Source: Candidatus Omnitrophota bacterium (lineage in GTDB: Bacteria > Omnitrophota > Gorgyraeia > Aquiviventales > Aquiviventaceae). Taken from it: a stretch of DNA of 64,000 bases. The notes under the pieces were generated by a model. The model did no database searches, was not told the origin of the DNA, and saw only the letters and a list, made by a program, of their open reading frames with translations. Made by a program: the position numbers and the translations under genes. Each line of letters starts with the position of its first letter. Within the stretch, counting starts at the first letter, position 1. This document shows positions 44,401 through 56,400 of the stretch, piece after piece. Location: NCBI GenBank assembly GCA_016206685.1, contig JACQRB010000014.1:9152-73151 (forward strand), in the 5' to 3' direction.

Positions 44401-47400
44401 TCACTGCGAACATCTCTTATGACACGACTGCGAAGGAGTTCCTGGTTACTCACCTGTTTAGCAAGAACGCGACCTTGGCGCTGGAGGACACCTCAATCAC
44501 AGGCGCCCTCTGGCAGACTACTGACCTTGCGGGCAACGTCATAGGAAGGGCGATCTACAACGACGACCAGCTCGTGGCGACCATCAGCCCTGATAACCGG
44601 GTGGTCACGCCCGAGCTGAAAGGCGTGCAATTCAACATCCCCAATGAAGGGACCGCGACGCTTGACATCCACGCGGTGCATGACCTCGTCAGCGGCAAGC
44701 GCCTCGAGTCTGTGGCGGTTGATCCGAAGACCGGTCAGACCAGAGCCGGTTGGGGACCTCAAGACGCCTCTACCGCGTTCCATTATCCAACGCCGACAGG
44801 AGGCTTGCGCATTGATCGCGTGAACGTTGACCCCGACACCGGAGAGATGGGTCCAGTGGGCATCAAAGCCTACTTCGACGAGCACAAGCGACTGCTTGGC
44901 GTCGTTGACTCAACCACGCCCGAGCACCCTGTCACGCGGATTGCGGCTGCCCAGAATGAGATTACTGAGCCAGCCAGACAGCTTGGATTCGAAGATGGCG
45001 AGGTGTTCGACATCCACGTCGGTGAGGATTCCGTGAAGCCGATCACGCAGGTCGCTTCCCGGGAGGGTCTTGGACAGTATGTCTTTAACTATGCGAGAGA
45101 CACAGCTATCTTTCAGACAGAACCAGGCGCCTCAACCCAAAGCCTCGTGAAGCAGCTCTTGGGTCCTGAGGTGATAGTCCCAGAATCCGCCAGCGCGACC
45201 GTCGTCTTTGACAAAACCGGCACCCCTGTCGTCCTCCTCCCGACGCCGCAGGCTGAGCAGCCCATGCGGGTGTTTGAAGTCAATTGGCAGGAGGAAAGCC
45301 CGCTCGACCTGATGAAGCGATTCATCGAGGAAACCAGTCAACCCTCAAGCACCGGATCGCCACTGAACCTCGAGTCCGCCGACCTGACCCTCCAGCAGAA
45401 GCCGGTGGGCAACGACATCACCGGAACGTCCCAAGCCAAGGCGGCTTTGGTCGAACTCATCCACTACGGCATGGGACCGGAGGGCATGACCGTCTTCACA
45501 GGCAAAGACGGTCAGCAGCGGCTTGCCAGTTTGGAGTCCAAGACTCCAGAAACTCATATCTATCGGTTTGCGGATGATGGCAGCAAGGTGGGCATTAACC
45601 CTACGAGCGGCACAGTGGTCTTCGCCGAAGATGCAACCGGTAAGCGGTTCCTAAACGAATCGGGCAAGCTCACAAGGCTTGAGCTCAATCCAAGACAGGC
45701 AGAAACCCTTGACTTGCAAGGTCGAGGTAACCTTGAACTGAAGGCTGGCGATGCTCCAGCGACCTTCACCGCTGATTCCAAAGGTCAGCTTCGCCTCATC
45801 GAGGGTACTGCTACAGCCACCGGACCCGATGCCTTCACCCAGAACCTCTCTGTAGCCACTGGAGATGCCCTAGTCGGTAAACCCCTATCCCAGCAGACGC
45901 AGGCGTCTACGTCGTTGGTGCGCCAGTTCCAGCAGGAATTCAATGACAAGGGCTATCCGGCGGTGTTTGGTGTGGCACCCCTCGCAGTTGACGGGATAGC
46001 TGGTGAGCAGACCAAGCAAGCAGCCCAGCTTGCGCTAGGGCGTGAACTGTCAGTCATCAACGCGCAAGGTGAGCAAGCGCGGTTGACAGCGGACAAAATG
46101 GTGGAGTACGTCAGGCAGAATCCAGGGAAACTGTCAGCGCTGACCAATCCGTTCATTTCACCGGAAGAAAAGGCTGCGGCGTTGCGTGAAATAGAGGGGA
46201 CGCGTTCGCCCACATTAGATATGCGGGAGCGGCGCCTCCAGGGGCTCGCTACCGCAATTCAGAAGGGTGACTACGAACAAGCCTTGGTCGGTCGTGAACA
46301 GTACAAAGTTGCTGTAGCGCTATCGTACAACTTAAATGCGTTAAAGAGTCTCGATTCTCTGAAGCCGGTACCAGACGACGTTCGACCAATGTTGGAGTCG
46401 GCTGAGCGCAAGTTAGTGATTGGAGATATTGCTGGATCTCAACTTGAATTAGGCAAGGCAAAATTGGCAGCTCAAGTCAATGACACGATCCGCAACTATA
46501 TCCGTGTTCTTGATGCGCCGATTCAGACAGAATTTGACGTTGTACGCAACAATATCTATGCAGGATATGAAGCAGCATCTGACGTTATCAGTAACTCTAT
46601 CAGTACGATCCCTGGTCTTGAGACGTCCCGTGATCGTGATACGCCGCTTGGAGCTCGGGGCGACGCAGCTCCGGACCGGATAGAACCTTACCTCAAGGTC
46701 CTGGAAGGTATTAAGGCAACGCTTGCCGATCCGGATCTGACACCTAACGGGCTTCGGGTGGCTCAGGAGAAGTTTCAGCAAGTTCAGATCTTGGTCCAGC
46801 GTGATCAATCCAGAGATCTGGCTGACGCAAACGCATGGGCTCGTGGATACGCAACCCTGTTCGACCAAGCACTTAATGACGTTCGAGCTGGGACGTTTGA
46901 CTCCACTATGAGTAAATACGGGGGACCGATAAACAAACTCTCCTACAGCGAAGTTAGGGATCTATTTGGCAAAGCGCTTGCTGGTGATCAGGCGGCTCAA
47001 GAAATAGGCAGACTTGGACCCGACCTTACTGCTGTCAATCAAGCACTTCGAGACGCGATGCCCATGGAGCAAAAAGCTTTCATGGCTGCCCACCACGGAA
47101 CTCTGATGGTGGCTGCAAGGTCGGCAGGCGCAGGACTTGCGCTAGGACCTGCTGCTTGGTTCGCGCCTTTGTCCACTGGGATCAGCGCTCTTCTTTTAAC
47201 TAGCACCTTAGGAACTCAGTCTCTTGCTCAAGCATTCGAGACGAGCATTCGAGAACAGTCTGCCTTTGACGAAGCACCCGTTAAACAAGCAATGATAAAA
47301 ATGGCTTTTGATACCGTGAATCTGTGGAACGTTGGGATTGGTTACTTTTCAGACGCCCGGCTCTTTTTCATCCCAAGTCTTCTCTTTAGCTATAAGCCAT

Positions 47401-50400
47401 ATGTCAGTGAGGGGAGTTTTGCTAAGAGCTACGAGGTTCCGCTTGCCATCGCTGCGACTTTTGCAGCAGCAGGCTTCAGCTTTCCGACATACGAAGCGGG
47501 CAAGACGATACCTGGGGTGCTCCGTGAGGCATATCAGCAAGGGAGTCGTACCCCGGTGTGGGGCAGTGAAGTTCTGGGTGGTTTTAGGGAGATATTCGGA
47601 TCGGGTGGGCCGGCAGCAAAGACGTCATGGCGCAGCTTGACGTTGGCTGAGGAAACGGCAGGGCTTAGCAAGAGCGCTCAAATGGTCATGGCGCCATCCC
47701 AAACCGCCACCTTGGCTGCGGGCATCATGAGGGATGCTGCAATATTTAACGCAGGGGTTGGTCTTGTTACTGGTGGACATTCTGCTCTGGACTTGATGTA
47801 TCAAACCATCACCGATCCAAACATGAAAGCCTTCGCTTTAGCAGCACCTTTCCTCACCCCCATCGCCTCTCCTATTCTCCAGAGAGCGCCAATAGCCGGG
47901 AGAATTGCTAATCTGTTTGAGAAGGGCAACGAAACATTTTTTGCCGAAACGTTGGGACGTGGAGTTCTGGCTAGGGCAGAAAGGTATTTCGTTGAAGAAT
48001 TTATAAAAGAACCTTTGATATCCAAGTCGGTACTGATGTCTCAGTATTTACCTGATGGCGCTCGCGAAATAGCTGAAGAGCTATTTGATAGGACTCCAAA
48101 CATCAGCTCTCACATAAGTGGAGCAACCAGCAGAACGTCAGGAGTGCCCTTCCACAACTCGATGGGTGTGCTGGGAGTGCTGCAGGGTGGACAGTTCCAG
48201 GAAATCCCGACTGGCATAACTGAGCCGAAGATTCTCTACGGAGCAAGTGGGGAGCCGGTTCGGATGCTCATGCCGGGTGAGGCGGCTTCGGTGGACGTCA
48301 GTGCCCAACAGACACCGGTGACGCTCGTGAATGAGCTTGGCAGGCCGTTTGGTCAGGAGCTTGCTCAGCCTGTGACGCTGTTCGGTACTGACAATCAACC
48401 GGTAACAGGATCACCCATTGACGTCGCTGCGTCTTCACCAGCGCTGTTCGATGCGTCTGGAAACCAACCCCTTACTGAGCCGGTCAAGGTCTATAGTCCA
48501 GGCCAGTTGTTTGACGCCTCTGGCAAAGAAGTCGTTCCCGCTCCTGTACTAGCTGAAGTAGCTTCAGACATTAGAGCGAAATCATTCCCAACAGTTGACC
48601 AACCATTGACGCCCCCTGCGGTTGTGGACGTCGCACTGTTGCCTAAGACATTTGTGCAGGAACATCGGCTCACTAGCCCGGTTACCGTTGACCGCTGGAC
48701 CTATGACTCCACGAGCAATCTCTACGAGGCGCAAGCGAACCTCCCAGGTGCCAGCGCACCACTGACGTTCCAGTTCAACCCTACGAGTGGTCCGAGGGTT
48801 GACACCATCCAACTTGGTGACACCACGTATGACCACACTGGAATTTCCCGCATCTTCGAGCCTGGTCTGCATCAGTTTGGTGATCGCGTCTACGCCTTTG
48901 AGACACCACTGAAGCTGCCTGTCGCCAACGGCACACCTAACCTGACCACGCTGCCACCTTCGATTGTTGATGTGACCCCGCTGATGGGCTTGCTGCCAGC
49001 GAATCTGCCGACTGAGCTGCGCAACGACCTGGCGCTCAAGCTAACGCGCCATGAGGGCAACGTCGCCGAGATTTTGAACCGACCTGAGCTTGCCCTTCAG
49101 GACCGGACGCTCATCATGACCTATTTTGCAATTCAAGACCTTATTGACCCAGCTCAACTCAAACCGGCAGAGGAATCGAAGCTCGTGCAGGCTGTCCATG
49201 ACCTGGTCGGTCAGGGGATTCCGAAGATTCCTGTCCGCGAGCTGGCGACACGATATGCTCTTCCTATGAGATCTGAGGTGCTTGCCACTGATACCATCCT
49301 CCTCATTCCCCAGTTCAAAACAGCGACCGGCGAACGCTCGCCTCCGCCTGCAGCCGGCGCTCAAGTGATCCCCCTTCATACCGTGCCTTCATTCGGGGCT
49401 GCCCCAAGCGCACCAGAAATGCAGATAGCCGCCAGCGCTGAATCAGTCCCCTTGCCGCAGCTACCTCGTAAGCAAGAACCCCTCATCGAAGAGCCCATTA
49501 CAGAGCCAGGTGTACCTCCTCTGTCAACTCCCATCCCAACACCTAGCCCTCTTTCATGGCAATCTCGCGTCAGGGGTACATTGCGCCACGGCAGCAGCTA
49601 CCTCCAAACCGAACGACCGGTGGAGACGATGCTGGGAAGCGGCTTGGCGCTGTCGGCGCTGAGTGTGTTCCTGACCGGTGGAGCGACGCTGCCGCTGGTG
49701 GCGACGGCTCTCGCGACGGGAGCGGCGGCGTTCTTGAAGCAGGCTCAAACCGAAACGCCTGCCGTCGTGCCGCCCGTGGTGGAGCAGGGCGAAGAGCCTA
49801 TCCGGAAGCCTGCGGAAGTCGTGAACCTCGCTGAGTGGCGAGCGCGCCTGATGCGAGGCGCCAAAACCGTTCCTGCCCAAGCCTGGAAGATCGCGGCTGG
49901 GATTTTTGGAACCCTGACCCTCTCGGACTGGACGAAGTGGTCCGGCAGGGTGGGGCTGTTCGCAGTGGCAATGGTGCTCGGGTTCCCAGGAGTCGTGTTG
50001 GCGCATCAGTTTCTCGCAAAGGCGACGGGACTGTTGGCAGCTCCGGAAGCATGGACGGCGATCAAAGCCTCTGAGAATACGCTCTGGGGTATTGCGCGGG
50101 ATGTACTACGAGCCAACGGGATCGAGCCGACGAACACCCAGATTGCGAATCTGGTCAATGAGATCGCTCAGCACAACGGCATCGCGAGCCCCGACGTCAT
50201 CCGGATCGGCCAACAGATCGACGTTCCAAGCCAATACGCGACGCCGGAGGCCATCGCCCAGCTCACTGGTCAGACTGTTCCGGCTCCTCAGCCACCTGTG
50301 GCAGAAACGCCCGCATCGGCTGTTGAGCAGGCCCCACCGACTGCGGAGCAGGTCGCGCCTCCTGCCCAGGTTCAACCGGCTGCGGGAGAACAGCTCCAAG

Positions 50401-53400
50401 AGACGTCGTCTGCGGCGCTATCCGCCTGGCAACAGGCGCTGGATGGGCTGACCGTGAATGCGGAGTGGCTCAGCAGCGCGTTCCTCATCCTCGCCGGCGT
50501 AGCAATCCTCGGCATCGCATCGCTCCTCATCTTCCGCTGGTGGTCCCGCCGTCGCTCGCAGGTTTCCCAGCCCGTTGCCGAGCCGAAATTTGTCGAGCCA
50601 GACGAGGCGATCCCAGTTGAGCAGCCAACCTCTGGCCGGATCATTATGTTAGATGACCAGGCCGTTGGTGAAGTCAAGCAGCCTGGAGACATCAAGGAGG
50701 TTGAAGGCCGCATCTTGTATGGTCGCCTTGAGCAAGAGCGGGTTCAGCTCATGCAGCGGTATTTGGCTGGTGATCAATCTGTCGAGGCGCGAATCCGCAA
50801 GCTCGAAGCACAGCGCAATGACGCCTTGGATCAACTCAAGGTGGCTGCCGAACAGTATGACGATGACGTGCTCCTGAGTTTGCTTAACCCGGACGGACAG
50901 CAACGGTTTGCAGTGGGCCAGCAGATCTCGCGGGATGAGCGGGGCGGCCGCAACGTGATTGGCGAAATTCTCGAAGCACGCAGAGCCACAGAAGAAGCGG
51001 CCAAGCAGCAGGCGCGCGATGCCATCTTGAGCGACGTGGATCAGGCGATTTCTGCCAGCACGGAAGCGTGGCAACTTGAACAACACAAGCGAACCTTCCT
51101 GGACAATGTCCTTGACCCTGCCAAGCTCGCCAGCCAAGAGTTCACTGATGACGAGGTGGCAGCGCTTCGCCAGGAAGTTGTGCGACGCTTTGAGCAGGCC
51201 GGAGAGCGGCTCATTGTGACGGAGGCCAAAGCAGAGGAAGCCGTCGCGCAGAAGTTGGCCGAACGACAGTTGGCTGAGTCAGCTCTCGAAGAGGTTTTAA
51301 AGACACGAGAGGTTTACTATCGCGCCTTTGATGAGCGAAAGACCCTGGGGCTCCAAAAGGTCGAAGAAGCAGGAGAGCCTTATCGACAAGCGCAGACGGA
51401 AGCTGCTCAGGCATGGCTGCAGAGCCGAAGGGAGGTAGTCCGTCATCTCCTTAGGCTCTGGGTACCTCTATGGAAGACAGGACCTAGGGAAGGAGAAACG
51501 CCTGAAGCGAAAGTTGAGCGTCTCACGAATACGTTGTTAGAACGGTTCGAGCGTATCGTTCAGTCTGGCCGATACAGCAACGAAGACGCTTTGCACTTCT
51601 TAGATCAACTTGTTCGAGCTAGGACTACTTTTGAGCGGGAAGGTTTGGCTGAAGAACGGGCGCTTGTTGAACGGCACATCCAAGACCTGATCGCCATGAT
51701 TGAAGCCGTTTCGGATGGCACTGTCTATTGGGAAGGCAATCTCGTCGGTCAAGACTTCAACAAGCTCTTCAAAGCGGGCCTTCCTGTGGCCATACTAGGG
51801 GATGAGGCCGAAGGACAGCAGCCTCCTTACACGATCACAGTGGTGACTTCGTCAGGGTTCAAGGGCCGTCGAGAATACATTGGTGATCAAGAGGTCAGCG
51901 CTCAGGTAAGCGTACGTGGCACGGCACCTGCCGAGGTCAAAATCGGACCGACCATCGAAGCCAAAGAAGCCGCCAAACCAGCAGAGGTAGAGGAAGCCGC
52001 CGCGCCGACCGACGGCGAAGCCAGCGCGGTGCGGGCCGATGCCGATATTGTGAGAGTTCGAGTTGAGGGCTCAAAGGTTGTCACTGTAGCAGAAGCGTTG
52101 GAAGCTGCCAAAGAGCGTGGAGTTGTCACGGAAGAGGTGATCAACCGGGTGTCTCAGGGAGCATACCGAGTTGAAGTAGAAATCCAGCGGAGGGACGGTT
52201 CCGTTGGAGCGACGATCGATGCCAGACTCATGGGTGGACTCGAATATGGAGTGGCCCCAGGCAGTTCCATTATCCTTACTCCAACAGCGCCCACCGCCAA
52301 GGAGCCACGGCCGGGTGGGCTGGAAGGACAAGCTGGGTTTGCGCTGGTCGAGGTCCTGCCGGGGGTGGCAGGAGGCGTGCTCGTCAGTATCGCGCTCTAC
52401 CCGCTGATCGGCTGGCTCGGAGGACTGGCAGGCTTGGCGGTGCTGGGAGGGCTGTGGTTGGTGGCGTCGCGGATTCGGGCGCCGGCGGAAGAGAAAGCGT
52501 CAGGGCTTGCGGTGGGCGTGCCGCGCCTGTCGGTCTTGGAGCCAGACGACGGCGGCGATGGCCAGCGCGAACAGGACCATGCCTCCGAAGATGATATACA
52601 GGCCCACTTCTCGTTGTTCGATCATCTTCGCTCCTTATTGAGCCACGTGGCAACGCTGTACAGGATCACCAGCATCCCAATGCCACTGATGAAGATCGTT
52701 GGACGAAAGGGAGAAGGAGAAACCACTTGGCCAATTACCACGCTCGCCAGAAAGATGTTCGCTGCGTTGTATAACGCGTTCGCGAGCCCCTTCCGCTGGC
52801 TTTCATCGAGCTTCATCAACTCAAGTATATCGCTCGTCTGGAGCCCTGTCAATGTCACGCTCACCCCCACACTCCTCAGCCTTGGCTTCCTGCTCGCCTG
52901 GGCCCTCGGCTGGATTCCGGATGTCACGCTCGGCGCCGACGGCTGGCACGGCTCGCTGCCGTATTTTAGCTTTGGTGGGCTGGCGAAGATCATCAAAGAA
53001 TCCGGTGAGGGTGGAGACAAGTCGACTACGAAGGAACTGGTGTTCACCACGCAAGAAGTCGCAGCTCTGCTCAGAGTCCACCTTAGCACCGTCTACCACT
53101 TGATCGACAAGGGTCTATTGAAGGCTTCTAGAATCAGCTCTCACATCATCCGTATCCACCGTGATGCACTCGAGGAGACATTTGGCGCAGGAGCACCTGA
53201 GGTGAAGTGGTTGACCGTGGAAGAGGTCGCGAAGCGAGTCAAGCTTCACTATAGAACACTGCTACGTCGGATCCATGCGAAAGGACTAAAGGCGTATCGG
53301 CTCGGGGGCGGCGAGGGAGACTTTCGCATCCGCCAGGATGATCTTAACGCCTTTCTCACCGCCAGGAAGACAAATCCTGCGCTCACGCCGCCCGCCGCCA

Positions 53401-56400
53401 GGAGCGGGCAGACAGGGTCCGAAGTCTTCCCAGGGCCATGGTTCCCGCCGATGCGCTCCGATCCAACGTCGCCGTGGAGGGAGAGGGACCGAGGAGGAGT
53501 GGAGTTTGGGGATCTGGGACCTTTCAACGAACCCCCGGCCTCACCCGGGAAGATTGAGCCCAATGATTCCGCCGATGCCGTGGTCGCGGTCCTTGTGCGA
53601 TGGTCCGAGCAGGGAATCTCGAAGGCCCAGTTCGAGTCGGTCCTGAGCTGGTGGGATCCTGATAAGGAGCGAGAGGAGGAGGCGTTAAGGCCTCAACTTA
53701 GGTCTGGGGATCCGCTGACAGGCTGGCTCCTCGGCGCACTCGAGCAATACCAGCAGGAATACCAGCAGGAGCCGACGAACCCTACCTTGGCCGTCGCCGC
53801 CAAGACGCTCCGGGAATTCCTGTCCCCCCCGCCTGTGGCCGAGCCGCAGCAGGGCGGCAGGGCGCAGACGAAGGAAGAGGAGGCGCTCGTAGAAAAGCAG
53901 AAGCTGGAACAACGGGTCAGGACGACGTTCCATGACCTGGCGATTCCTGTCAACGTGATCATAGGCAGCGTCGAGTTCATCAGGGAGGCGTTGGGCCAGC
54001 ACCCCGAGGCGAAACCACTGGTTCAGCAGCTCACGAAGCTCATGGGTGAGCTCAACGCCAAGCTTAACCACGCGAGGGCTCGCGTCGTGAAGGTCCTTTG
54101 GGAAGAGGCACGCTCCACTCAGGATGCGCGGACACGGCTCATGGAGCTGGTAGATGGGATCAGAACGTCCCTCGAGGATCTGGCGCGCTGGTGGGACCTC
54201 CATCAGGATGACCTTCTCCAATACGTCAGGGACACACCAGGCGAGCCTCGCGTTGCGTGGGCAAGAGACCGGATCTCAAAAGTGCTTCCGCAAGCTCGCG
54301 AATTGCTCGATCAGGTCCTCGAGGAGGAAGCGCCGACCGAGGTGGATCTGGGATCACTCGTGACGCGCGTACAAGCAGACTTCCCGGCGACCGACTCTCT
54401 CACAGTCACCCTTGCTGACTTGCCGCCTGTGCTCCCGCGTGTGCGGGTGAAGGCCTTCGGGCTGCGCCGGGGTCTGTGGAACATCCTGCGCAACGCGGAG
54501 GAGGCGGGGGCGACACGCGTGGGAATCCGCCTTACACTCGTTCCCCTCACGCCCATCCCTGGGGCGCCGCCAGGGATCGCGATCGAGGTGGCCAATGACG
54601 GACCTGCCATTGAAGAGGGGGTGCTTGCGAAGCTGTTCAAGGAGCAGGTGACCGGTAAGGAACACGGCCACGGCATTGGCATGGACGCGCTTGGCAGGCT
54701 TGTGAGGGCATCGGGTGGCACGATCAGGGCGGACAACCGTGAGGGCCACCCGGTCTTCACGATCTGGCTACCGGCCTTTACGCCAACCGTGGGCGGCGGG
54801 GCGCCGAGCGGAAAAACAGTAGAGCTCAAGCGCAGCGGGATGGAGGCAGTGAGGCAGTTGCGCGAGCTCTATACCAGAGCGCTTGAGCTGCTCGACCAGC
54901 CAACACAACTCCCCGCGCTCATGACTGAAGCCAGCCGCGCGGTGGATCAGATTCTAGTCGGCGAAGCGCGCCGGATGGCGAAGGACCTCCTGAATCCCCT
55001 CAGCGGGCTCCAGCTCGCTGTTGAGCTCTCATTGCGGCGACAGAAGGGTTGGCTGCCAGGGGAACGGGAGGGTCTCTCCTCGATGTTGCGCCGGCAACTT
55101 GAGGAGTTGGACGATATCAACCGCGCGTTGGAGGGATGGCCGGACGACCAGCCGTTACCCATCGAAACGCTTCGGGAGGGTTTGCCCGCCATACTCGATT
55201 GGCGCGCGATCCTTGCCGTCGCGCCGGCGAAAGCCGAGCGTTTCTACCAAACGGCAATCAAAACGGTTGAATCGCTCGCATCCCGTCACAACGTCTTTCG
55301 GGAACTGCTTGACTTCACAGAGCGCATCACCCTGGAAGACGCAGTAAAAATTTATGCTGAGACCGTGCGGAGCTATCTAAACGGAGCCTATAAAGATCAA
55401 GACCCAGGCGCCCTGATAGCTGCTTCAGACTGGCGTGATGTCTTTGAGAATAAATTGACGCCATTCTCTTCAGATATGCGGCTCTTTGGGGGTCAAGAAA
55501 CGCAAACGTTCGACAAGAAATCAATAGAGAAAGTCAGAGAGATTGGCCGCGTCGTGATTGCGCTCCATACGTTGAAGAGCAAGATGCAATCCGGAGAGTG
55601 GGATCCCGAAGTCGTCAAGAGGGCGTTCGCGAAAGCCGCCATGGAGGGAGCCTTCTTGCAGCATGTGAAGAACGCGTTAACGGACCGCGACCAGCGTGAC
55701 TGGTCACAGAAGGACTTGGAGGAACTGGCTCGGAGTCTGGGCATTACGGAATTGAAGTTGAATGATCTCATCGACGACCTAGCGGCTCGTCAAGCCATTC
55801 CTGTTGAACCTGGTCTGGTCATCCGTATCGAACGCGAGTCAGGAGGGTTCCAAGTCTCGCTCCCGACGATCAACAAAAGCAGGCCATCCTCGACCCGCAA
55901 GCGCCTGATGGCCTGGGCGGTCACGAGTGTCGTGATGAGCGCTCTCGCGGCGTGGGCGAAGATGTCTGTCGGCGCTGCCGAACCTGGGACGTTCAGCCAG
56001 TTTGTGGGCGACCTCTTGGGGGCTGGGTTCCTCGGCGCGGTCACTGCACTCTTGGCCGCCGTGGTCATGCTGCCGGTGGTGCTGATGGGTCGCCACCCCG
56101 CCCCACGCAGAGGAAGCGGCACGCTCGCCGAGCTTTCCGATTGGCTCGCTGGCGATATCCCAAGCTCCATGGATGCCGGCAAGTGGAAGGAGCGGCTCGA
56201 GACCTTCAGGCAAGAGGCAGGATACGCTCACGTTCCAGAAGCGGACTTCGTGGAGGCGGTTCAAGGAATCATTCACGAGGACAAGCAGTGGATCCGGAAG
56301 CAGGTCGAGTTCCTGAGCCTGTCGGCCAAGGAGGAAGACGCGCGAGGCAGCGCTGCTGAGCGCATTGCTCGCAAAGCCCAGGAGACGGCTCCAGACAATC

